This document shows, one piece after another, positions 21,268 through 31,451 of a stretch of 64,000 nucleotides of DNA. The stretch's first letter is position 1. The number at the start of each line of letters is the position of its first letter. Source of the DNA: [Eubacterium] hominis (GTDB lineage: Bacteria; Bacillota_I; Bacilli_A; Erysipelotrichales; Erysipelotrichaceae); the NCBI RefSeq assembly GCF_014337235.1, contig NZ_CP060636.1. One strand, given 5' to 3'. The position numbers and the translations under genes are program-made. The notes below the pieces were generated by a model that saw nothing but the letters and a program-made list of their open reading frames with translations, was not told where the DNA came from and made no database searches.

Positions 21268-22071
21268 TTAATTTGAAACATCTTGCCAATCATTTGTTCT
21301 TGATATATCAATAAATGCTAGATTGCCATCTTTAATAGCAACTTTTCCAGTACCTGTTTGTTTAATGTAATTATTAGAATCAAATCCATTATTTCCAAAA
21401 TTATATCGTGTAACCTGGATAGACTGCCCATTCATTTCTTTAGTTATTCTTTGAGAAATTGTAATGGATCGAAGATTATTAGCATTATATATACGAAAAC
21501 TAATATCAGAGGTATCATATCCAAGGCTATTTAGCATTTCTTTGATTGGTTGTCCATAATTACTACCTTCAGAATCAATACTATTAGCATTAGCATGATC
21601 TATGAAATAGGAAGATATTATCTCGTTTATCTTTGTATTCGTTAACATGGTATTTATGATACGATCATAAGCAACTTTGGCATTTTCTAATTTATCTTTT
21701 ACTTCAAATGACTGCTTTTCATCATCATAATAGATATAGCGATTATTAATATGAAGGATAAAATCACCGCTACTGTCCTTTTTCTTATTAAGTTCTAGGG
21801 AAATCAGTTCACCATCTACTTGTGATTCTTCCATAATTTCATCAATATATTTATCAAAAGACGATAATTCATTATTTGCACAAAGCTGAGTTCCCTTTGT
21901 CTTAGCCGCAAGCAAAACACTGCGTGCTTCTGTTAAAAGCTGTGCATCCTTTGCTTTGGATACATATCCCATGATGGAAGGGATCGTAATCGCAAGCAGG
22001 ATGCCAATAATCAATAAAACAACGATGATCTCAATCAAAGTGAATCCTTGTTCCTTCTTTTTCATAAGCAT
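21268..22071 (-). CDS. type IV pilin-like / pseudopilin protein with prepilin N-methylation motif
   Basis: N-terminal KEQGFTLIEIIVVLLIIGILLAI (G/FTLIE prepilin peptidase site, Glu+5); 267 aa; RBS aggagctg. Confidence 0.7.
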   Translation of the reverse strand: MLMKKKEQGFTLIEIIVVLLIIGILLAITIPSIMGYVSKAKDAQLLTEARSVLLAAKTKGTQLCANNELSSFDKYIDEIMEESQVDGELISLELNKKKDSSGDFILHINNRYIYYDDEKQSFEVKDKLENAKVAYDRIINTMLTNTKINEIISSYFIDHANANSIDSEGSNYGQPIKEMLNSLGYDTSDISFRIYNANNLRSITISQRITKEMNGQSIQVTRYNFGNNGFDSNNYIKQTGTGKVAIKDGNLAFIDISRTNDWQDVSN

Positions 22072-22261
22072 CAGCTCCTACTTCTAATGTAACATAAATG
22101 TGATAATGTATGTAGCCTTTTGAGTGAAGAAATTCTTAAAAAACCTGATGTTATTGTGATGTGATGACATTTGTACACAAATGATAAACAAAATGAAAAA
22201 TAATGTAACCAAAATGTAAATTGTGATAAAAGTATATTGACTTTTCACTTCTTTTCATATA

Positions 22262-22531
22262 TCATATACTACACATGGGGAATAAAAACCGTAGAGATGG
22301 AAAAAGTGTGATACAAGCGCGCAAAGAGAGTAGGGAATGGTGAGAACCTATCGTAAGCAGTATGGCACATGGGCCATTAAGGGAGAATAGAAATGGCAGT
22401 AGCCAGAGTATAGGACACGTTTGTTCACGTTACGAACATTGAGTGGATTTCTTTTTAGAAATCAAGTCAGGTGGCACCGCAGGCAGTATAAGCTTGTCCT
22501 TGATCTGTTTTCAGACAGGACAAGTTTTTTT
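22262..22531 (+). ncRNA. candidate structured small RNA (unclassified) ending in an intrinsic terminator
   Basis: ORF-poor, GC-elevated ~270 nt; terminator cttgtcct-N16-aggacaag + TTTTTTT at 22493-22531; family not identified from sequence. Confidence 0.25.
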
Positions 22532-22967
22532 GTCACTAAGCCAACCAATATGGGAGCCTGGAGTTCAGCATGATCCTTGCTCCCATACGATCTATCAGAA
22601 TTCATCCTAACACGATTAAACTCTGAGATGCCCATATTACTTTGATTGTGAACACATTCCTGATAGTCGCACAGCAATCATTTCAGTAATACTCAGATTA
22701 AGATATAGTGAAATACCCCTTCTATCACGAATTCTGATAATCTACTACCATCCACATGCTGAACCACATAAGGCTTATCCGATGTACTGACGTTTTAATA
22801 AGCAGATTGGCGCTTTATCCGATTCTTCCTCAAAATAAGATATATGCCAAGATATCCCCTGCTTCTATACAAAAATATCATTCAACCTCGACTTTACATG
22901 TATAGGAAAACGTAGTACATCTGGAAATGCCCATAGCCTATGGGTAAACGATGGTATATGTAAAAAA

Positions 22968-23010
22968 TAAAGCAATGTTTCTCTTATTGAGCAGCATTGC
23001 TTTTTTCGTA
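22968..23010. terminator. bidirectional terminator (aagcaatg...cattgctt + T-runs)
   Basis: hairpin with T-runs on both strands; terminates the 23014-23778 gene on the minus strand. Confidence 0.5.
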
Positions 23011-23013
23011 TGA

Positions 23014-23778
23014 TTAGTATAATTCAATCTCTTTTCTTGTTTCACAAGCTTTTTTCAACTTTAAGACAGCACCCTTTAAGATTATAGGATTTAAGGCTCT
23101 GGCGTGTGTTGGACAAATGGTAATACAGCGCATACAGCTAATACATTTATTTTTATCTGTTGTGGAAGGGCTCATTGGATCAATGGCTTCTACCGGACAT
23201 TCAATAGCACATTTTCCACATGCGATACAAGAACTGTTTGCTTTTGGTACCATAGGAATTGCGTGAAATTCTTTATATGGATGATTGCCGGGTACTTGTA
23301 CCTGTAATGCTTTTTTCTGTTGTAAAGATGATTGCAGGTTTGCTAGATAGGCATCCATCTTTTTGAAATCTTCTGCATCAGGTCGATTAGCGCCAAACTG
23401 ATGCATAATAGAATGTTCACAGACCACTGCCATAGCACCAACTGTGATAAATCCTTGCTGCTCTACAAAATCTTTTAATTCAATCAAAGTATCCTCCTGT
23501 GCCCGGTTTCCGAAGGTCACAACCAATAAACAAGGTGTTTGATTGCCATTAAGCTCTTTAAACTTTTCTAACGCAACCGCAGGTACCCTGCCACCAAAGG
23601 AAGGAACTGCAAAGATTGCTAAATCATCACTTGATAATGATACATTAGAATAACTCCCGTGAGCTGTTAGATTGTGCATGACACCAGGATATTCTATCTT
23701 TTCGATAATGTGCTGGCATACCTGCATGGTGTGATTGGCAGGACTAAAACAAAAAACATGTGCTTCTTTTAATTCCAT
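23014..23778 (-). CDS. flavodoxin-like domain protein fused to 2x[4Fe-4S] ferredoxin domain
   Basis: two CxxCxxCxxxCP clusters (CIACGKCAIECP, CISCMRCITICP) C-terminal to a flavodoxin-like fold. Confidence 0.6.
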   Translation of the reverse strand: MELKEAHVFCFSPANHTMQVCQHIIEKIEYPGVMHNLTAHGSYSNVSLSSDDLAIFAVPSFGGRVPAVALEKFKELNGNQTPCLLVVTFGNRAQEDTLIELKDFVEQQGFITVGAMAVVCEHSIMHQFGANRPDAEDFKKMDAYLANLQSSLQQKKALQVQVPGNHPYKEFHAIPMVPKANSSCIACGKCAIECPVEAIDPMSPSTTDKNKCISCMRCITICPTHARALNPIILKGAVLKLKKACETRKEIELY

Positions 23779-23795
23779 AAGACTTCTCCTCTTTC

Positions 23796-24560
23796 CTAGT
23801 TCTGAAAAATCGATTGTATAAACTTTTCAGGTCCTTTTTTATATAATACTTGAACACCTTTCTGCCCATATTCCCGATAAATATCATCAAAATAAAACAT
23901 TCCGGCAGCCGTTGGAAACTGATTCCATAAATCACCAGATGTGGCAGCTATTAATATCTTATGCTGCATCGCTTTATTTTCAACATCACATGCGCCAGCA
24001 AGAGAACCAAATGCTTTTTCTTTATAAGATTCATATTTTTCTGTATAAAAACGATAATCTTTAACATGTTCATTCCAAGCCAGAAAATTAGATAAGCCAT
24101 GACAGAATGTAAAATAATCCAAAATATCCAAATAACGACCACTTTCTAAAGGGTAATCATGATGGATACACAATTTACTGATTTCTTTTGTCAGATAATT
24201 TTGCATAATATATACCATTTGTGAAACGATTGGTGTATAATCTGCGATATGAATTAAGTCCATTAAGATATAGACTTCATTTTCTGTTTTACAAACACGA
24301 TTGCCATTTGTACCAACGACTGGCAAAAGGATAAGCTGATCAAGCAAAGGATGATTTTCTTTAAAAAGTACCTTCCATAATTCATGATTAAATACAGGGA
24401 ATTCTTCTACAATTGTTTCTAATTGAGATAACAGCTCCATAACCACATCTTTCCTTTTTTTATCTGGCGTTTTATAATTATTTAATAAAGGAAATGCTTT
24501 ACAGTTTTCAATATCATGATCATTTAAAAACGCTTGTATAATTTCATTATTCATTTTCAT
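23796..24560 (-). CDS. hypothetical protein (no recognisable domain), co-directional with the flavodoxin/ferredoxin gene
   Basis: clean 254-aa ORF, 17-bp spacing to the downstream gene. Confidence 0.4.
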   Translation of the reverse strand: MKMNNEIIQAFLNDHDIENCKAFPLLNNYKTPDKKRKDVVMELLSQLETIVEEFPVFNHELWKVLFKENHPLLDQLILLPVVGTNGNRVCKTENEVYILMDLIHIADYTPIVSQMVYIMQNYLTKEISKLCIHHDYPLESGRYLDILDYFTFCHGLSNFLAWNEHVKDYRFYTEKYESYKEKAFGSLAGACDVENKAMQHKILIAATSGDLWNQFPTAAGMFYFDDIYREYGQKGVQVLYKKGPEKFIQSIFQN

Positions 24561-24631
24561 AATGTCACCCCTTTATATTATTGTAACACGTTTTCGTTTA
24601 AGAATAAAACATATGTGCATACTAAGAACAG

Positions 24632-25396
24632 GTGATAAGGATGAATAAAAAAACATTTCAAAAAGTATTGATCGCATGTGTGGGTTTTCTTATCTTTGTG
24701 ACGTTTATGGCTGTGATATTTCACCATTTTGCGGATACGAAGGATGAACCAGTTAGCGCAAAACCTAATAAAGTAGTTTATCTGACATTTGATGATGGAC
24801 CAAGTAAAAACACAAAAGCAGTATTAAGAATATTAAAACATTATGATGTCCATGCGACATTCTTTGTGACAGGTCAATTTCCAGAATATGAGTCTTTGAT
24901 TAAAGATGAATTTAAACAAGGCAATGCGATTGGTGTACATACCTATTGTCATGATTATGCGACTATTTACGCAAGTAGTGAAGCATATTTTAAGGATATT
25001 GATAAAGCCAATGAAATGATTAAACGGCAAACGGGGATGACTTCTCCACTACTTCGTTTTCCAGGTGGCACAAGTAATACAGTATCAAGGAAATATTGCG
25101 ATGGTATCATGTCAACTTTATCAAAAGAAGCGATTGAAAAGGGTTATCAATACTATGATTGGAATGCAGAAAATGGTGATGGAAATTCATCTCTGGATAA
25201 GGATACATTGATTCATACGGCATTAAAAGAAGTAGAAGGAAAAGACAGTGTTATGATGTTGATGCATGATGGCGGTGGAAATGAGGCAACTGTAAAGGCA
25301 CTACCAGCGATTATTAAGAATTTAAAGAAACAAGGATATGAATTTAAAGTGATTGATGCGACAACTCCGGTATTTCATCACCACATCGCAAATTAA
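24632..25396 (+). CDS. polysaccharide deacetylase (NodB homology domain), membrane-anchored
   Basis: N-terminal TM then YLTFDDGPS and H-x-x-x-H motifs; RBS aggtgataagg. Confidence 0.8.
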   Translation: MIRMNKKTFQKVLIACVGFLIFVTFMAVIFHHFADTKDEPVSAKPNKVVYLTFDDGPSKNTKAVLRILKHYDVHATFFVTGQFPEYESLIKDEFKQGNAIGVHTYCHDYATIYASSEAYFKDIDKANEMIKRQTGMTSPLLRFPGGTSNTVSRKYCDGIMSTLSKEAIEKGYQYYDWNAENGDGNSSLDKDTLIHTALKEVEGKDSVMMLMHDGGGNEATVKALPAIIKNLKKQGYEFKVIDATTPVFHHHIAN

Positions 25397-25478
25397 TAAT
25401 CATGAGTGTTTAGGCTATTGATATAGCCTTTTTTATTATGAATGTGGTACAATAACACTTGATAACGAGGTGAAGCAT

Positions 25479-26810
25479 ATGTTACAGGATACCATAGCAG
25501 CAATATCTACAGCGGCAGTCGATGGGGCTATTTCCATTATTCGTATGAGTGGGGATGATGCCATCAGAATCGCAAATATCTTATGTAGTATTGATTTAAC
25601 AAAGAAAGAAAGTCATACAATATCGTATGCATTTATCATAGATCCTTTCACAAAGGAAGCAGTTGATGAAGTATTAGTTTCTGTATTCAAAGCGCCAAAG
25701 ACGTATACAATGGAGGATATTGTAGAGATCAATTGTCATGGCGGTCGTTTTATCACAAAGAAAATTTTACAGTTATGTTTGATGCAGGGGGCCCGCCTTG
25801 CTGAACCAGGGGAATTTACAAGACGTGCCTTCCTGCATGGCAGAATTGATTTAACCCAGGCAGAAGCCGTGAATGATATGATACAAGCCACAACCAATGA
25901 AAACAGCAGACTTGCAATACGTGGAATCAAAGGCAGTGTCAAGAAACTGTTGGATCCATTAATTGAAAACATCTTAGATATTATTGCGAATATTGAGGTA
26001 AATATTGATTATCCTGAATATGATGATGTAGAGCAGTTAACCAATGAAGTTGTTTTACCAAAAGCAGCCGCATGGATGGGAAAAATTGATGAGATACTTG
26101 ATCGTGCACAAAGTGGGCAGATCATGAAGGAAGGTATCAAAACAGCAATTGTTGGAAAACCTAATGTTGGGAAAAGCAGTCTGTTAAACGCTTTATTGGA
26201 AGAAGATAAGGCGATTGTGACAGATGTCGCAGGGACTACCCGGGATATTGTGGAAGGTCATATTCATCTAGAAGGACTTACCTTGAATTTGATTGATACA
26301 GCAGGTATAAGGGAAACCGAGGATGTTGTGGAGAAGATTGGTATCAAGCGAAGTATTCAGGCAATTGAACAGGCACAACTGGTGATTCTTGTATTGGATG
26401 CATCAAGAGGATTGGATGAACAGGATCAAGAACTTTTATCAATGACAAAAGATAAAACCAGAATTATCGTTTATAATAAGACAGATTTAAAACAAGTAGA
26501 AAATCATTTAGCAATCAGCGCAGAGAAAAAAGATATAGAACCGCTTGTGAAAGAAATTCATCGTTTATTTGATAAACATCAGATTGCGATGGAAGTACCA
26601 ACACTTGCCAATGAGCGCCAGATATCCTTAATGTTACGTGCAAAACAAAGTATGGCACAGGCAATAGAAGCATTAAATGCAGGTATGGAATTGGATATGG
26701 TGGAAATTGATATACAGGATGCATATACGTCTTTAAAAGAGATATTAGGAGAAGTGCATCGAGAAGATTTATTAGATACGTTATTCTCAAACTTTTGTTT
26801 GGGTAAATAG
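25479..26810 (+). CDS. mnmE: tRNA modification GTPase MnmE
   Basis: N-terminal folate-binding domain, G-domain GKPNVGKSSL/DTAGIRE, C-terminal CLGK. Confidence 0.9.
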   Translation: MLQDTIAAISTAAVDGAISIIRMSGDDAIRIANILCSIDLTKKESHTISYAFIIDPFTKEAVDEVLVSVFKAPKTYTMEDIVEINCHGGRFITKKILQLCLMQGARLAEPGEFTRRAFLHGRIDLTQAEAVNDMIQATTNENSRLAIRGIKGSVKKLLDPLIENILDIIANIEVNIDYPEYDDVEQLTNEVVLPKAAAWMGKIDEILDRAQSGQIMKEGIKTAIVGKPNVGKSSLLNALLEEDKAIVTDVAGTTRDIVEGHIHLEGLTLNLIDTAGIRETEDVVEKIGIKRSIQAIEQAQLVILVLDASRGLDEQDQELLSMTKDKTRIIVYNKTDLKQVENHLAISAEKKDIEPLVKEIHRLFDKHQIAMEVPTLANERQISLMLRAKQSMAQAIEALNAGMELDMVEIDIQDAYTSLKEILGEVHREDLLDTLFSNFCLGK

Positions 26811-27069
26811 TTATTTTAGATATCAATATTGATACTTCTAATCAAGAGTATTATGGTTTCGCTAAGAGAATATCGAAAGATATAAGAATGGGAATGGTGG
26901 TGAGGCTCCATTCCTTTTTTATACATTAACTTCATGTACAAAGTAGTGATAGAATAACTGTTATTTAAACATTTCTAAAATGTTGGTATTCAAATTGATG
27001 TTGTATCCTTGCAATGGTATAATGAAGGCGAAAAGATACATTCTAAATAAAAGAAAGAAGGGATATCCT

Positions 27070-27843
27070 ATGAATTATTCATTAATAGATACACATTGTC
27101 ATATTACCTGTGATGAATTATATAGTCATATTTATGAAGTTTTAATGAATGCAAAATATCATCATGTGGAACGAATGTTGATTGTCTGCATTGATTGGAA
27201 AAGTTTTGAACGAGCAAAAGAATTAAAACAAAGAGAAGATATTTTTGATATCGCAATGGGGTTTCATCCAAGTGACTTATATGATTTTACTGAACATGAT
27301 TATGAACGTTTGGAACAGGTGCTCGCAAATGATGAAGTTGTGGCATTAGGTGAAATTGGATTAGATTATCATTGGGATACAGTGAAAAAAGAAGATCAAA
27401 AGAAAGGTTTTATTCGCCAAATTGAACTCGCTAATAAATATAAAAAGCCAATTCTTATACATATGCGTGATGCGACACAAGATACACTTGAAATTTTACA
27501 GGAGTATGCGAAAACACCATTTTTAATGCATTGTTTTAGTGGTAGTAAAGAAACTGCAAAAATCATTATGCGTATGGGCGGCTATATTTCTTTCGCAGGA
27601 CCGATTACTTTCAAAAATGCCAATGGTTTATTAGAGGTTCCTGCAGTATGCGATGTACACAAAATATTTGTGGAAACAGATTGTCCATATTTAACACCAC
27701 ATCCACACCGTGGGAAACAGAATGAACCAATGTATGTACAATATACTTTTGAAAAGGTTTGTGAATTGTTGGGTATGGATGAAAAAGATTTAAGTGAACA
27801 GATGAAACGAAATTATCAGGAGTTGTTTCATTCAAAGAGATAA
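27070..27843 (+). CDS. tatD: TatD-family metal-dependent DNase/hydrolase
   Basis: IDTHCHI N-terminal motif, 257 aa; followed by terminator at 27853-27886. Confidence 0.85.
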   Translation: MNYSLIDTHCHITCDELYSHIYEVLMNAKYHHVERMLIVCIDWKSFERAKELKQREDIFDIAMGFHPSDLYDFTEHDYERLEQVLANDEVVALGEIGLDYHWDTVKKEDQKKGFIRQIELANKYKKPILIHMRDATQDTLEILQEYAKTPFLMHCFSGSKETAKIIMRMGGYISFAGPITFKNANGLLEVPAVCDVHKIFVETDCPYLTPHPHRGKQNEPMYVQYTFEKVCELLGMDEKDLSEQMKRNYQELFHSKR

Positions 27844-28136
27844 GGTTAAAAAAAACAGATGATTTTTATAGATCATCTGTTTTTTGAATGAATAGATTTA
27901 CTTGCAAGAAGTAAACAAGAAGCCAAGATTTTCTGCTATGGCGATACAGTTTTTATAAATGAATGCTTTTAGACGTGCAAATGCTACTTTGATTTTCATA
28001 TCAAGCACCTCTTTTATGGCTGAAATATCATGCCTGTTATCTTCACTTATATCGTAACATAAGAAGTAGTTTAAAGCTATAGATACATAAAAAAAGTTAC
28101 AGAGTATATTTGTAACTTTTTTAGATATGATAAAGC

Positions 28137-30056
28137 TTATTCTTTGTCTTTATCAGGAAGCTCTTTTGTTACGATTTTGGATAACTGAGTTAAGATATCT
28201 TCATTTCCATTCAACGTAATACTTTCGACATTTTCTGAAATCTTTTCTAAATACTCTAATTCTTTTAAATGAGATAGTGCTTTACTATCTTCCATCATTT
28301 TGGCAGTATCCATCAATGTTTTTGTGGACGCAACATCTGCTTTCTGGGAAATGATAGATGCTTCTGCTTTTTTCTCCGCTATCAAAACAGTATTCATGAT
28401 ATCACGTATTTCATTTGGCAACGTAATATTTGTGATTCCAGCATCACTGATCTCAATAAATAAAGAAGCTCCTTTTTCTTTTAAACGTTTCGCAAATAAA
28501 TGGTTAATATTTTCTTTCTCATCTATGAATTCTTCAATACGATAGTTCCCAATGAGTTCACGCAGATTTAATTGAATCAATGAGTATAACTGATGCACAT
28601 AATTGTCAATTTCTGTATAAACTTGAATATAGTCAATTAGACGATAACGACATACAATATCCAAAGAAATGGTAACTTTGTCTTTGGTCAAAACTTCTTC
28701 ATCATTGATACGCAGCTGTTTTAAACGTATATCAAAAATATCGACATGTACTTTTGTCTTAGTATTCCAAAAATAATAGGTACCTGCATCCAAAATACAG
28801 ATAAGTTTATTATCATAGAATAAGCGTGCTTTTTCAAATTGAGATACTTCTATTTTCTGATACAGCGTATCTGGAATTGTATGGAAGATATAGCGTGGTA
28901 CATCATCACTTACAAGTGGATGTGATATATCAATAATGGTAAAGGTATGTTTTTCCAAGACATTCCAAAATGCATGTTTTCCTGTAGACAGACAGTCTTT
29001 GAAAATTCCATCAATGTAATGCAAGGCCAATTCTTCATCTTTCACTTCCACAATTGTGATAAATGGCATCACTTTTTCGTTTTTTATCAATAATTCCATT
29101 GGGCAATGGGCAGAAAACACTGGACGTTTCATCCATTGTACCTCTAAATCTACACGTGTCTTTGATTTCCAGAAATAATAAGTACCTGTGTCCAATAATG
29201 CCTCAAATACGTTATCGTAAAATAAGAAGGCTTTTTCATCCTGTGATATTTCTTCTTTTTGATAAAGTGATGGATCTAGCAAATCAAAGATATAGCGTGG
29301 AATATCATTTGTTGCCATAGGATTTGAGGTATCCACCAGTGTAAATTCATGATGATCAAGCGTATTCCAGAATGCATATTTCCCTGTCGTCAGACATTCT
29401 CTAAAAACACCATCCACAAAATGTAATGCAAGTTGTTCATCCTTGACTTCCACCATTGATATATAAGGCGCAAGTTTCTCATTTTTCACAAGCAGTTCTA
29501 ATGGACAGTTGATGGATTCAACTGGTAGTTTCATGGATAGAATTTCTAAATCAATATTGACTTTCGATTTCCAGAAATAATAGGTGCCGGCATCTAAAAT
29601 ATCCGTTAAGACATGGTCATAAAACAACAACCCTTTTTCATCCTGGTGGATGTCACCTTTGTGAAAAAACTTTTGATCCATTTGATCAAAGATATAGCGT
29701 GGGATATCATTTGCGACCATTGGTGTTGAGGTATCCACAATCGTAAATTCATGGAAATCAATGCAGTTCCAATATGCGTATTTTCCAGTTGTTAAACATT
29801 CTTTAAATGCACCATTGATAAAATGTAGTGCCAACTGTTCATCCTTTACTTCCACAACGGATGCCTGTGCTTGCAGTTCTGGATCCTTCAATAAGATATC
29901 CAAAGAACAGTTTTCTGAGTGAATTGGCTGGTCTAAAGATACGACTTCAATATCGTTATTGCCAAAGATATGATGATTGCCACTTTCCAGCAGTCTTGTA
30001 AATTTATTGTTTTTGAATAAAAAACCTTTCTGATTTTCATTAATGATGACTTTCAT
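28137..30056 (-). CDS. SPFH/band-7 domain protein with three tandem ~140-aa N-terminal repeat modules (soluble, no TM)
   Basis: C-terminal SPFH signature (LTKDKVTISLD...YR..D, ISDAGITNITLP, AEKKAEASIISQ); three internal repeats sharing VEVKDEQLALHF / TGKYAxWN / NDIPRYIFD; RBS gggagg. Confidence 0.7.
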   Translation of the reverse strand: MKVIINENQKGFLFKNNKFTRLLESGNHHIFGNNDIEVVSLDQPIHSENCSLDILLKDPELQAQASVVEVKDEQLALHFINGAFKECLTTGKYAYWNCIDFHEFTIVDTSTPMVANDIPRYIFDQMDQKFFHKGDIHQDEKGLLFYDHVLTDILDAGTYYFWKSKVNIDLEILSMKLPVESINCPLELLVKNEKLAPYISMVEVKDEQLALHFVDGVFRECLTTGKYAFWNTLDHHEFTLVDTSNPMATNDIPRYIFDLLDPSLYQKEEISQDEKAFLFYDNVFEALLDTGTYYFWKSKTRVDLEVQWMKRPVFSAHCPMELLIKNEKVMPFITIVEVKDEELALHYIDGIFKDCLSTGKHAFWNVLEKHTFTIIDISHPLVSDDVPRYIFHTIPDTLYQKIEVSQFEKARLFYDNKLICILDAGTYYFWNTKTKVHVDIFDIRLKQLRINDEEVLTKDKVTISLDIVCRYRLIDYIQVYTEIDNYVHQLYSLIQLNLRELIGNYRIEEFIDEKENINHLFAKRLKEKGASLFIEISDAGITNITLPNEIRDIMNTVLIAEKKAEASIISQKADVASTKTLMDTAKMMEDSKALSHLKELEYLEKISENVESITLNGNEDILTQLSKIVTKELPDKDKE

Positions 30057-30227
30057 AAAATTCCTCCCATCATGATTTCTATATGTAGGATTATACTAGA
30101 AATTAGAAATGAAAACACGTATATTTTAAAAGTTCCTGTGAAATATGGAAATGGGTTGTAAAAACAAGGCGAATTGTACAGATTTGACTAGTGATTTATG
30201 GAAGAAAAAACAGGTGGAATACACCTG

Positions 30228-31451
30228 TTAAGATGATGCTTTGAAATTATACAAAGGATGGATCGTTTTTATAATATCTACGGTATCTGCGATATTTTTT
30301 GTGATATCTTCCATGGATTTATAAGCCATAGGGCATTCATCCAGCGTATCAGAATTAATAGATGTAGAGAATATTCCATCCATTGTATTCGCAAATTCAT
30401 CTACCGTAAACAATTCTTTTGCTTTACCACGGCTATATAAACGTCCGGCACCATGAGGCGCAGAACAATTCCATTCATCATTGCCTTTACCAACACATAT
30501 CAAAGAGCCATCACGCATATTGATAGGAATCAATAAGATTTCACCTTCTTTTGCGGAAACTGCACCTTTTCGTATCATATTATTTTCATGATCAATATAA
30601 TTGTGTATTGTTTCAAAGTGATCAAAATCATCCAGTTTCATATCAAACATATGCTGGATTATGGTTTCCGCAATCATTCGACGATTTAATTTCGCAAATT
30701 CCTGGGCAATATTCATATCATGTAAGTAATCATCACGATAACTTCCTTCCAAGTAACAAAGCTCTTTTGGTGTTTTGATTTCCTTTGCTTCAAAGCTGTT
30801 TGCCAGTGCAACAAGGGCAGCTTGTATTTCTGATTTACGACCAGCTTCTTTATATTCTTTGATAATCTGTTCACGCTGTTCAAATAATTTATCTTTCCCA
30901 CGCATAAGATCATAAGCAAGATTCTGGTAGTAATCTGCGATTTGTTTACCTAAATTACGGCTTCCTGTATGAATCACAAGATAGTGATTTTCATCATCAT
31001 CTATATCAATTTCGATAAAGTGATTTCCACCACCAAGTGTCCCAATACTACGTTCAAAACGTCGTGTATCTTTTAATGAACGATAACAGCGAAGTTCTTG
31101 AATTGCTGGGAAACGTGTAATTCTTCCTGGATGTACATCAAAGCCATTAGGGACATATTTACGAATAACTTCATCCAGCTTCACAAAGTCAATAGGGGAT
31201 TTTCCCAGATTGACACATAACATACCACAACCAATATCCACACCAACAATATTAGGGATAACACGTTGATTTAAATCGGCAGTAAAACCAATGACACAGC
31301 CAGCACCTGCATGTACATCTGGCATGATTCTGATTTTACAATCTTCCACAAAGCTTTGATCACAAAGGGTTTTTATTTGCTCCAACGCAGTATCTTCCAC
31401 AACATCTGTGTATACAATGGCATTGGTATATGTTCCTTTAATTTCTATCAT
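30228..31451 (-). CDS. rtcB: RNA-splicing ligase RtcB (3'-phosphate/5'-hydroxy nucleic acid ligase)
   Basis: MPDVHAGAGCVIG, GGGNHFIEI, HTGSRNLG, HNY and SAPHGAGR motifs; 407 aa. Confidence 0.95.
   Translation of the reverse strand: MIEIKGTYTNAIVYTDVVEDTALEQIKTLCDQSFVEDCKIRIMPDVHAGAGCVIGFTADLNQRVIPNIVGVDIGCGMLCVNLGKSPIDFVKLDEVIRKYVPNGFDVHPGRITRFPAIQELRCYRSLKDTRRFERSIGTLGGGNHFIEIDIDDDENHYLVIHTGSRNLGKQIADYYQNLAYDLMRGKDKLFEQREQIIKEYKEAGRKSEIQAALVALANSFEAKEIKTPKELCYLEGSYRDDYLHDMNIAQEFAKLNRRMIAETIIQHMFDMKLDDFDHFETIHNYIDHENNMIRKGAVSAKEGEILLIPINMRDGSLICVGKGNDEWNCSAPHGAGRLYSRGKAKELFTVDEFANTMDGIFSTSINSDTLDECPMAYKSMEDITKNIADTVDIIKTIHPLYNFKASS

Noticed and set aside
22262-22531. tmRNA, RNase P RNA, SRP RNA or 6S RNA
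   Set aside because: None of the diagnostic conserved blocks are present: tmRNA GGGG...tag ORF...CCACCA, RNase P AGGAAAGTCC/ACAGAAA, SRP domain IV GGAAGCAGCCA. It is kept only as an unclassified sRNA candidate.
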